This document shows positions 8,809 to 16,435 of a stretch of DNA of 32,000 nucleotides, piece by piece (position 1 is the stretch's first letter; each line of letters opens with the position of its first letter). The notes beneath the pieces are model-generated. The model was not told the DNA's origin. It saw nothing but the letters and a program-made list of their open reading frames with translations, and searched no databases. The DNA is from Aquabacterium sp. CECT 9606 (GTDB lineage Bacteria > Pseudomonadota > Gammaproteobacteria > Burkholderiales > Burkholderiaceae_C). The DNA lies in assembly GCF_918741295.1 (NCBI RefSeq), contig NZ_CAKKNB010000003.1, positions 652,668-684,667 of the forward strand. The letters run 5' to 3'. The translations under genes and the position numbers were made by a program.

Positions 8809-9202
8809 CGGCCTTCTCGTGGGCGTTCAAACGAAATCCATACCCATATTCCACTACATGCCCATCCACAGAAAGGACACGATATTTAACCGTGTATGCA
8901 CCATTACTCAACAAAGGCAGCGGAACATAGATACAACTGGGCTTTTTGGGATCCTTTGCCGGGACTGACAATGGCACCAGCTTGCCCTTCGCGTCTTCAA
9001 TCGTGACCGTCGAGAAACTAGCCTCTACGTCTTCGTTAAAACACAAACGGATTTCTTTGGGCACCATCGTCAGCACCGCACGGCGCCCCGGTTCGGAGCT
9101 AATCATTCCCGCATGAGCCATGGCAATAGAGGGACAAAGTGCAACGCTCAGCACTGTCAGCCCCACTGACGAACGGACTATTTGCCGGATGAAAACAATC
9201 AT
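8801..9202 (-). CDS. copC: CopC periplasmic copper-binding protein
   Basis: 133 aa with signal peptide ...PSIAMA|HAGMISSEPG (mature N-terminal His). YTVKYRVLSVDGHVVEYGYGF is the CopC C-terminal signature. ATGA overlap with the upstream gene. Confidence 0.85.
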   Translation of the reverse strand: MIVFIRQIVRSSVGLTVLSVALCPSIAMAHAGMISSEPGRRAVLTMVPKEIRLCFNEDVEASFSTVTIEDAKGKLVPLSVPAKDPKKPSCIYVPLPLLSNGAYTVKYRVLSVDGHVVEYGYGFRLNAHEKAVD

Positions 9203-9804
9203 AAATTACCGCCCGAGGCTTGCTTGCCCGACGCTCGGTATTTACGCGAAGTCAGGTAATAGGCCAAGCCTGCCAATCCAAAGGAAAACAGAAAGGCGAT
9301 GACATAACGACCGTACTGAAGGACGCCGACTTTGAAGGGAAAAACAGAGTGATGTACAACACCGGTTTTCAGGTCTGTAGCCGTCAACATGCCGATATAC
9401 CACCCCGGCTGGACAAATTGGTGATCGAAGGTGACGGTTCCACGAGGATAGACTGATGGCGCCATTTTGACAACTGTTGCCGCATCAATTTCCTGCTGGG
9501 TACCCAAGTCCTCATAACGTCCAGCAGCCTCCCGATTTTTGACATCCCTCAGAACCCGAACCTCGACATTCATTTGACGTAATTCAGACGAAATATAGTC
9601 AATCACAATGATTGCGCGCCCGAGCTCTGGGATGTCCTCACAGAACTGCTGTGTGGCACGCACCTCTGGCTGATAGCCGGTAAAGTGCGCCGTCATGTTG
9701 GATACCTTCATGATGCACTTATCGTCCTCAATAGACACTCCGCCGTGCGCAAAGACCAGCGAAGGCGACAAGGTAACGAGCAACATGGCAAGTAGCTTTT
9801 TCAT
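9199..9804 (-). CDS. PmoD/AmoD-like periplasmic protein with C-terminal membrane anchor
   Basis: 201 aa with signal peptide ...PSLVFA|HGG, a ~150-aa soluble domain and a C-terminal TM helix YVIAFLFSFGLAGLAYYLT. Its position directly after xmoB matches pmoD/amoD in xmoCABD clusters. The family assignment rests on architecture and position only. Confidence 0.5.
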   Translation of the reverse strand: MKKLLAMLLVTLSPSLVFAHGGVSIEDDKCIMKVSNMTAHFTGYQPEVRATQQFCEDIPELGRAIIVIDYISSELRQMNVEVRVLRDVKNREAAGRYEDLGTQQEIDAATVVKMAPSVYPRGTVTFDHQFVQPGWYIGMLTATDLKTGVVHHSVFPFKVGVLQYGRYVIAFLFSFGLAGLAYYLTSRKYRASGKQASGGNL

Positions 9805-9814
9805 TACTCACCAT

Positions 9815-11044
9815 TCAACGAAATACTGGGATCATTGGGCCGCCAAATTCAGCCAGATAACGCTGACCACGGTCAGTGTAGAAGAACAGCATGCCGGCCA
9901 CCACCGCATCGGGTGATGCGATCATCGTGGTCATCCTTTCGGTTTCCCACATGGCATCATCAGCGTAGAGCACCACGCGCTTGGTTTCACCTGCTGCCAC
10001 TGGGCCACCTTCAACGCGTAGAGCATCAGGTGCGACCAGATCACTCTCGTCGAGAGGCTTGACCTTGCGCACAGCCGAGTTGATGAAACGCAGACTCCCA
10101 GCATCAAACTCGCCAATGGAGACGGGTTCATTGCCACGATTGGTGACTTCAATTTCCAGACGAAAACTTCGTCCAGGAATGCGATAACGGGCCTCGATCA
10201 GCTTGATCGACACTGGGTTTGGCTCCCGCTCAAGCGAAGGAACCTCCACCCGGCCAGTCTGCAGGGGCGTCGTGATCGGATATTGGTCTTGGGCGTGGAG
10301 ATAACTGCCTCCGATCAGACTCAAGGTCAGAAGCAGAAACACGGCGGCCATGACGCGATCTATTGGCGTAATCATCTTGTCCGCATCTGCACCCAGCTCC
10401 TGCGCACGCTTGAAGCGCGGCACGATGATCGGGCACTTCGTGAGCCAGTAAGCGAACCAAGCTAGACCAACGGCAAACCACAAAATAGACCAGAACTTGA
10501 CATTATCAAACCCATAGGTCTCCATATCAATGACCTTACCCAGCAGCGTGGTCGCGTTATTCTCGAAATCTGCTGCATTACCGGTAACCTCAACCCAGAT
10601 TCCGGGGCCGATTATAGGACCCGTGCCCTCAACGTTGATGACTGGGTGGACGTGATAGCGACCAGGTTTACGGGCTTTCAGCTTGACTTCGAAATCATAT
10701 AGCTCACCCTTGTTGAAGGACGTCGATCGAATCATCGGCGTGCCGTTGACACGAGAGTCGAGTCGAACAAATGAAGGGCCTGGAACACCAATATTAAGAA
10801 ATGCCGTCCCCTCAATTGAATTCACGTGGTGCGGCCAATATTCAGATGGCATGAACTGCCCCTTGACCATGACCAACTCATTCACCGCCAACTTCGTTGT
10901 CGACACCTGCACGTCCATCCAGTGCACGGTTCTCATGCGCAATTGGGGCATCTGTGCGCGTTCGCCATGCGCAAAAGCGGACGAAGAAATGAAGGCACCC
11001 ATCAGCGCAAACAGCGCAATGCACATTGCAATGATTCTTTTCAT
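9815..11044 (-). CDS. xmoB: Copper membrane monooxygenase subunit B (PmoB/AmoB homologue)
   Basis: 409 aa with signal peptide ...SSSAFA|HGERAQMPQLRMRTVHWMD, GRYHVHPVINVEG (the His plus HxH copper ligand set of PmoB), two central TM helices (FWSILWFAVGLAWFAYWL and VMAAVFLLLTLSLIGG) and a C-terminal cupredoxin-like half. RBS GAGGAGG. Confidence 0.93.
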   Translation of the reverse strand: MKRIIAMCIALFALMGAFISSSAFAHGERAQMPQLRMRTVHWMDVQVSTTKLAVNELVMVKGQFMPSEYWPHHVNSIEGTAFLNIGVPGPSFVRLDSRVNGTPMIRSTSFNKGELYDFEVKLKARKPGRYHVHPVINVEGTGPIIGPGIWVEVTGNAADFENNATTLLGKVIDMETYGFDNVKFWSILWFAVGLAWFAYWLTKCPIIVPRFKRAQELGADADKMITPIDRVMAAVFLLLTLSLIGGSYLHAQDQYPITTPLQTGRVEVPSLEREPNPVSIKLIEARYRIPGRSFRLEIEVTNRGNEPVSIGEFDAGSLRFINSAVRKVKPLDESDLVAPDALRVEGGPVAAGETKRVVLYADDAMWETERMTTMIASPDAVVAGMLFFYTDRGQRYLAEFGGPMIPVFR

Positions 11045-11053
11045 ATTACCTCC

Positions 11054-11818
11054 TCAAACAATTTTCCGGATCCAGATCGCCTTCGACCCCAAGTAACCAA
11101 TCCATATCCAGAACCACAAATTAAGGATATTTAGAAAGCCTGCAAAAACTGCCGTCAACGGCGTCACCGCCTCACCAAAGGTACGAAGCGTTGACTGCTC
11201 AATGATGCGCACATATTCAGGAATTGCCGTGCGGATGTATTCATAACCAATTAAATCAGCCACAGTGAGCATCGTGCCATGCAGATTCACTGGCACCATG
11301 AAAGGCGCGAGCAAAGCCCAATTGAGTGGATAAATCAGCACACCAAAAGCGAATCCACCAAATAGGCCCGTCCAAAAAAAACTACCCGTCAACAGTAACA
11401 AACAGTCCAGTATCAAGCCTAGCCCTATATAGGTTGAAGGCCAGACAAAATTCATCGGAAAATCCGCGAACAGATGAAAATTGAGGTAGCGACTGATCCA
11501 AGCGGCGAAGGTCAGGCACAAGATAGACAAGGTTCCACCAAGTGGCAGCCGCAGCTTTGCCCAAAATACATAGGAGAAGACACCTGGCAGAACAGTCAGT
11601 GCCAGAGGGGTTACCAGAGGCCACCAACGACGATCACGCCAATCGACCCAATAATCCCAATCACCAACCAGCAAGGCAAAGTGAAAGCTGAAGATACCCG
11701 CAAACAGCAAGACAACCAGCGGGATGACAAACAAATCCACCTGGATATATGCCCGTTTTTGCTCCTCGGGTGAAATCATACCCGATTGGGCCAATACCGT
11801 ATCCGAATCGCTTGTCAT
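11054..11818 (-). CDS. xmoA: Copper membrane monooxygenase subunit A (PmoA/AmoA homologue)
   Basis: 254 aa. GDWDYWVDWRDRRWWPLVTPL, NFVWPS, YPLNWALLAPFMVPVN and IPEYVRIIEQSTLRTFGEAVTP align with the conserved PmoA/AmoA blocks. RBS AAGGAA. Confidence 0.93.
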   Translation of the reverse strand: MTSDSDTVLAQSGMISPEEQKRAYIQVDLFVIPLVVLLFAGIFSFHFALLVGDWDYWVDWRDRRWWPLVTPLALTVLPGVFSYVFWAKLRLPLGGTLSILCLTFAAWISRYLNFHLFADFPMNFVWPSTYIGLGLILDCLLLLTGSFFWTGLFGGFAFGVLIYPLNWALLAPFMVPVNLHGTMLTVADLIGYEYIRTAIPEYVRIIEQSTLRTFGEAVTPLTAVFAGFLNILNLWFWIWIGYLGSKAIWIRKIV

Positions 11819-11985
11819 TTGTTATTTCCTTAAAACACCGAATGCTCATCAGCTGGTGATTTTGGCAGTTTGGAAAAAAACATCCCGAGCACCAGCCAAA
11901 TCATTTTATTTTGTAATGTAAACAGCAAAGCGCTTCACTCGGCTTCAGCACTTGCTCAAAGAAAACTAGTGTGCTCAGCTTGCAG

Positions 11986-12018
11986 AAAACGGCATGCGCA
12001 TCTCGCGCATGCCGTTTT
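11986..12018 (-). terminator. Perfect 14-bp stem-loop 33 nt downstream of the xmoC stop (attenuator, terminator or mRNA-stability hairpin)
   Basis: AAAACGGCATGCGC (11986-11999) pairs with GCGCATGCCGTTTT (12005-12018) around a 5-nt loop. On the transcribed strand the stem ends in UUUU. Confidence 0.5.
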
Positions 12019-12050
12019 TAGGTAGAAAGGCCAGAGCCGTCAAATCACAT

Positions 12051-12821
12051 TCAATTGACTGTTTGCAATTTCTTGGCAGTATCGTCATCGCCATGACCGA
12101 TAACTCTAGTCAACTCGACGATGCGGGTCAACATTTGCACCAGCAAACCTCCAGCCGCGAACGCGGACCACCCAAGCAACACGAATCCCCAGTGGATAGG
12201 CGCCGCGAACAACTCTTCAGCATAAAAAAAAGTGTGCCCCCATTCATTCAATCCGAGATTGGGCATGATCATGATCGGGCCAGCCACCAACAATCCAAAT
12301 GGCAGTGAAATTCGGTTGGCAAACTGCGGCAGTCTTGTGCGCGCATAGATGAAGGCCGAGACGCCAGCGATGATGAACATCGGAATGCCAAAGTAAAATA
12401 GCACTATGTGTGTCGGCGTGAAATCGGTATCGCGCACCGTCACCTGGTGCCAAGCGGCATCAGCTTCCGTGAACACCGAAGCCACGAGGTAAGCGATGAC
12501 AGAGAACAGCAAAATCTGGGCCAGCAGTACAAAATAGCGTCTCAACTCATCCACCGGCTTTAACTGGTCAAGTCGGCGGTCACGCGTCATCAAAAGCCAC
12601 ACACCAATGCTGCACCCCACAAGAGCAAGTACTGGTAGTTGGATATAGAGCAGCCTCATCCAATATTGCTGGAACTCAGGCGAGAAATAGTCTAGCCCGA
12701 CAGTGAATGCAGTTGCATGCTGGTAAATGCGATAACTGCCAAAAACAACAGCAACCACTAAAAGTCCCAAGAAGAATTTAGCCCAAGGGGCCTTCGGTGA
12801 TTTGTAGGCTGATGAATTCAT
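12051..12821 (-). CDS. xmoC: Copper membrane monooxygenase subunit C (PmoC/AmoC homologue)
   Basis: Start chosen at MNSSAYKSPKAPW (ATG 12821) behind AAGGAG, giving 256 aa. VRDTDFTPTHIV and PNLGLNEWGHTFFYAEELFAAPIHWG are the hallmark PmoC/AmoC metal-site blocks. Confidence 0.92.
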   Translation of the reverse strand: MNSSAYKSPKAPWAKFFLGLLVVAVVFGSYRIYQHATAFTVGLDYFSPEFQQYWMRLLYIQLPVLALVGCSIGVWLLMTRDRRLDQLKPVDELRRYFVLLAQILLFSVIAYLVASVFTEADAAWHQVTVRDTDFTPTHIVLFYFGIPMFIIAGVSAFIYARTRLPQFANRISLPFGLLVAGPIMIMPNLGLNEWGHTFFYAEELFAAPIHWGFVLLGWSAFAAGGLLVQMLTRIVELTRVIGHGDDDTAKKLQTVN

Positions 12822-13059
12822 TGCGCAACTCCTTTTGAACGAAAGTGCCCGCCTGCACCAGAGCAAACCATGGCGACAGATGCTTTCGTATGTTGCAGAA
12901 CCCACGTCATCGTTGCTATTAGTAAAATCACTTATGTACTTACCCAGCATTGACGACATCATCGTTACGCCCGAACCTTAAAAGTTACGCGTCACCGCTC
13001 TTTTTTTATTGGGTTCAAATCGTGTATCGCAGATGCATCTATCTTTCATGCTCAACAGC

Positions 13060-14116
13060 ACACCTGGCGACGTTCAGCGTTCCTGAACGTCCTCATCAGG
13101 CCTACGCCGTCTATGGCGACTCGACTTGCGGGCAACGCGCGCGCTATCCCGTCGGGATGAGCGGCATCCCGGTCACCAATGCCTACGACAACTGCTCAAC
13201 AGGCTCTACAGCGCTGTTTTTGGCGCGTCAAGCAGTTGAAGGCGATGCTGCGGATTGTGTACAGGCACTAGGCTTCGAACAAATGAAGCCTAGCGCGCTC
13301 GGCAGCTACTACAACGACAACCCCCTACCTACCCCCGTCGCGCCGTTTGAAAGCGCCCGTGCGGCGCTAGTGGGCTAGCCTGATGTGTGTGTGCCCCTAT
13401 ATGGTCATCTCTTTTGGCGGCGCTGGCATCGCTCACATGGAGAAATACGGCACCAAGGCCATTCGCCATGCTGCAAATAGTCCCGTGGCACTGTTTCGGA
13501 AGGAGGTAACCATGGAAGAAGTCATGAGTTCACCCGCTTTGATTGGGCCTCTGGCCCGTCTGATGGTCTGCCCCCCCACCGGCTGCGGCGCCGCAGTCAT
13601 CGTTTGCTCGGAAGAATTCGCCAGGGCCAACGGACTAGCCCATCGGGTGAAGATCGTCGCCCGGTTCATGACCACCGACACACCCAGCACCTTTGAAGCG
13701 CGGAGCATGATCCAGTTGGTTGGCGGCTATATGACAAGCGCGGCCGCCACCCAGGTTTACACGGTGGCAGGCATTGGCCCAAAAGATGTGAATGTGGTAG
13801 AGCTGCACGACTGCTTTGCCACTAATGAGCCACTGACCTACGAGGCATTTGAACTTGAAATAGCACCAGAGGGTGGCGGCGAAAAAATGGTAGCAGATTG
13901 TGACAACACTTACGGCTGCCGCGTGGTCACCGATCCTCAAGTGGCTTGTTGTCAAAAGGACACCTTCTTTGAGCCACTGGTCTGGCTCAATGCGCCGAGC
14001 TGGTTCAGCAACTCCGGGGAGAAGCAGGCGCTCGCCAAGTGCATGGCGCCAGGGTGGCCTCACAACACAACCTGGGGCTGGGCGGGGCCGGCGTTGTCAC
14101 GCTCGACCAAGCCTGA
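13060..14116 (+). pseudogene. SCP2/Ltp-type thiolase, N-terminally truncated with frameshifts and an internal stop
   Basis: Homology (YGDSTCGQRA...NCSTGSTALFLARQAVE...GFEQM) starts without the first ~60 codons and stops at 13376-13378. It resumes in another frame (FGGAGIAHMEKYGTK...VVELHDCFATNE...DNTYG). The conserved tail is readable only after a further shift near 13930, and it carries an in-frame TGA at 13970-13972: [29 protein letters not shown]...[16 protein letters not shown]. Confidence 0.8.
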
Positions 14117-14127
14117 GGTGCGCACCA

Positions 14128-14586
14128 ATGATTGATCCCAAACATATTGGTAGGCAATTGCCGCCTGTGGTCTTTGAAGTGGAAAAAGGCCGATTGCGTT
14201 TCTTCGCCAAAGCCACGGGAGAAACCCGACCGGAATATCTCGACGAAACGGCAGCGCGAGTTGCGGGCCACTCTAGCCTGCCTGCCCCCCCTACATTTGT
14301 CTTCAGTGCCGAGCTTGATGCCGGCAGCATGTTCTCACTGCTCGAAGAATTGCAGGTTCCTTTAACCCAGATCCTTCACGGCGAGCAGGAGTTCACCTAC
14401 CACGCCCCCATCCACGCAGGAGATCTGCTAACCGTGCAATCGTCCATTGCTGACATCTATGCCAAAAAGGGCGGCGAACTCGAATTCATCGTCAAGGACT
14501 CCACGGTTAGCAACCAGCACGGCGGCAAGGTGGTCTCGACCCGTAGCGTCATCGTCGTCCGTCATCCCAGGAAGAAAACGACATGA
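14128..14586 (+). CDS. MaoC-family dehydratase, N-terminal-type hotdog subunit
   Basis: Start at MIDPKHIG, 152 aa. RLRFFAKATGE...LPAPPTFVF...ILHGEQEFTYHAPIHAGD is the pattern of the non-catalytic partner of heteromeric (R)-enoyl-CoA hydratases. Its stop overlaps the next start (ATGA at 14583-14586). Confidence 0.8.
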   Translation: MIDPKHIGRQLPPVVFEVEKGRLRFFAKATGETRPEYLDETAARVAGHSSLPAPPTFVFSAELDAGSMFSLLEELQVPLTQILHGEQEFTYHAPIHAGDLLTVQSSIADIYAKKGGELEFIVKDSTVSNQHGGKVVSTRSVIVVRHPRKKTT

Positions 14587-15002
14587 ACGCTGCACGACTT
14601 GATACTGTGAAGGTTGGAGATGACCTACCTCCGCTGACACTACCTGCCATCACGCGCACGACATTGGCATTGTTCGCTGGGGCCTCAGGTGACCACAACC
14701 CCATCCACATTGACTTCGATTATGCCAAAGCCTTCGGCATGCCCGATGTGTTTGCGCAAGGCATGTTGCCCATGGCCTATCTTGGTCGCCTTCTCACTAT
14801 CTGGTCACCGCAGTCGCAACTGCGCCAGTTCAAGGTGCGTTTCTCCGCGATGACGCCCGTGGGCGCAAGGCTGACCTGCTTCGGCAAAGTGGTAGAGAAA
14901 CTGGAGCTCGACAGCGAAGTGCTCGCCAGATTGGAGATTGCCGTAAGCGATGAGCACGGCGTCACCAAACTTGTCGGTGAGGCGCTGGTCGCTCTAGCAT
15001 GA
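14583..15002 (+). CDS. MaoC-like (R)-specific enoyl-CoA hydratase subunit
   Basis: 139 aa with the hydratase-2 motif GASGDHNPIHID followed by FAQGML. Confidence 0.85.
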   Translation: MNAARLDTVKVGDDLPPLTLPAITRTTLALFAGASGDHNPIHIDFDYAKAFGMPDVFAQGMLPMAYLGRLLTIWSPQSQLRQFKVRFSAMTPVGARLTCFGKVVEKLELDSEVLARLEIAVSDEHGVTKLVGEALVALA

Positions 15003-15060
15003 AACCTTCAATAAAGAACACAGGACACACCAAAATGAAACTTGCTGGCAAACGACGAAC

Positions 15061-15091
15061 GCCACCAGATTGAACCCTGGTGGCGTTTTTG
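15061..15091 (+). terminator. Rho-independent terminator after the MaoC pair
   Basis: GCCACCAG (15061-15068) pairs with CTGGTGGC (15077-15084) around an 8-nt loop, followed by GTTTTTG. Confidence 0.6.
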
Positions 15092-15126
15092 TTCAGGCCA
15101 TTGAGGGCCGTATTGGTGGCCAGATT

Positions 15127-15336
15127 TGACCATCACCAAACCTGATCATCAGTCCATCGAATTGGCTGCTCACACTCATTAACCCTGACCTGATGAAAAT
15201 GATGGAAGCCACCGTGCCGCTGGGTCGCGCCGGCACCCCCACCGAGGCAGCAGGCGCAGTCTATCTGATGTGCATACCCGAATCCGACTACGTCAGCGGC
15301 CAGGTACTGGTCTGCGGCGGCGGCTTTTCGATGTAG
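15127..15336 (+). pseudogene. C-terminal remnant of a short-chain dehydrogenase/reductase (FabG-like)
   Basis: The frame ending at TAG 15334-15336 reads ...NPDLMKMMEATVPLGRAGTPTEAAGAVYLMCIPESDYVSGQVLVCGGGFSM*, a classical SDR C-terminus. There is no Rossmann or catalytic part upstream (stop at 15127). Confidence 0.7.
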
Positions 15337-15347
15337 GACCGCGCCCA

Positions 15348-16259
15348 ATGATCTCCAAAGGCCTGCACTGCGCCCGCCACCAAACCAGCAACTGGCACGA
15401 ACACCGCTTTACCGGTGAGGGCGGCATCAGCCTCGCTTACGATGAAGCAGGCGATCCCACTGCCTCACCAGTCATTCTGCTACACGGCGGTGGACAAACA
15501 CGCCACTCTTGGCATCAGACCATGGTGCGTCTTGCCGACGCAGGCTATCATGCCTTAGCTTATGACGCCCGTGGACATGGTGACAGCGACTGGTCAAGTA
15601 CCGGTGATTACAGCCCGGACGCGTTTGTTGCCGACCTGCGGCAGATCATTGCCAGGCTACCTCAACAACCAGCGCTGGTTGGCGCCTCAATGGGCGGACT
15701 AACCTCTTTGGTGGCAATCGGTGAATCTGCAACACCCATCGCCGCAGCCTTGGTTCTGGTGGACATTGCAACCCGGCTGGAGTCCTCTGGCGTGGGGCGG
15801 GTGCTGGACTTCATGCACTCGCATACCGATGGCTTTGCGGCACTGGAAGATGCAGCAGTTGCCATTGCCGCCTACAACCCTCAACGCCCCCCACCAAGCG
15901 ACCTAGAGGGCCTCAAAAGAAATCTTCGCCAGCGAGCCAATGGTCGCTGGTATTGGCATTGGGATCCCCGCCTGCTTGACCACGCGCCACGCAACACCGA
16001 TGGCGAGGCTTTGCTACTTCAAAATCGCCGCGAAGCTGCTGCCCGTCGAGTCCGCACACCCTCCCTGCTTGTGCGTGGCATGCAAAGCGATGTGGTCAGC
16101 GTCGAAGGGGTGCTCGCTTTGCAGGCTCTGATTCCGCAGGCTGAACTGGTACATGTGCCTCGGGCTGGTCACATGGTGGCCGGTGACCGCAACGATGTTT
16201 TCGCAGAAGCTGTCATCGCCTTTCTTTGCCGACATTGCCCAACCCTCAGTGCTTCGTGA
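15348..16259 (+). CDS. Alpha/beta-fold serine hydrolase
   Basis: Start at MISKGLH, 303 aa. VILLHGGGQTRHSW (oxyanion region), the nucleophile elbow GASMGG, and the late AGHMVAGD His. Confidence 0.85.
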   Translation: MISKGLHCARHQTSNWHEHRFTGEGGISLAYDEAGDPTASPVILLHGGGQTRHSWHQTMVRLADAGYHALAYDARGHGDSDWSSTGDYSPDAFVADLRQIIARLPQQPALVGASMGGLTSLVAIGESATPIAAALVLVDIATRLESSGVGRVLDFMHSHTDGFAALEDAAVAIAAYNPQRPPPSDLEGLKRNLRQRANGRWYWHWDPRLLDHAPRNTDGEALLLQNRREAAARRVRTPSLLVRGMQSDVVSVEGVLALQALIPQAELVHVPRAGHMVAGDRNDVFAEAVIAFLCRHCPTLSAS

Positions 16260-16435
16260 CGTGCCCTACCTCAAGTATTCATTGTATTCCGCGCCCGCAT
16301 CGGTGCGCGTGAGCGCCATCAAGAAGCGGGAAGGGTCATCGAGCACATCGCAACCTATCCCGGAGCCATTCTTCTCAACCCGCCATCAATACAAAGTGAT
16401 CGGTCAATTTTGACCGCGCCGACTGGAGACCACCA

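Noticed and set aside
6304-12821. Reading the operon as a bona fide ammonia monooxygenase (the gene order C-A-B-D-copC-copD is nitrifier-like) or a methane monooxygenase
   Set aside because: This is not supported by context. There are no hao/cyc or methanol and formaldehyde oxidation genes, and the neighbours are fatty alcohol, aldehyde and acyl-CoA enzymes. The subunits look divergent from both groups. It cannot be fully excluded without phylogeny and the rest of the genome.
12834-12850. Sigma-54-like element GGGCAC-N5-TTCAA just upstream of the xmoC RBS (minus strand)
   Set aside because: The essential -12 GC dinucleotide is missing (TTCAA instead of TTGCA) and it lies too close to the start codon. 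No enhancer-binding protein gene is in the window. I could not find a convincing sigma-70 promoter either, so none is reported.
12822-12962. 47-codon N-terminal extension of xmoC (ORF track start at 12962)
   Set aside because: The extension (MMSSMLGKYISDFTNSNDD...) is AT-rich, has no RBS and has no counterpart in PmoC/AmoC. An AAGGAG box sits 7 nt before the internal ATG at 12821, which yields a typical ~256-aa subunit.
13900-14127. Upstream 76 codons of the 228-aa ORF preceding the MaoC N-type subunit
   Set aside because: This stretch (MTTLTAAAWSPILKWLVVKRTP...) is an out-of-frame reading of the thiolase pseudogene tail. The hydratase-partner homology starts at MIDPKHIG (14128).
15035-15073. 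Mini-ORF MKLAGKRRTPPD, possibly the orphaned N-terminus of the deleted SDR (SDRs often start MKLxGK)
   Set aside because: Six residues are too few to distinguish from chance, and the terminator hairpin begins inside it. It is mentioned only as a possibility.
15270-15347. N-terminal extension of the alpha/beta hydrolase ORF
   Set aside because: It overlaps the SDR remnant in another frame. The hydrolase homology and a sensible N-terminus begin at MISKGLH (15348).
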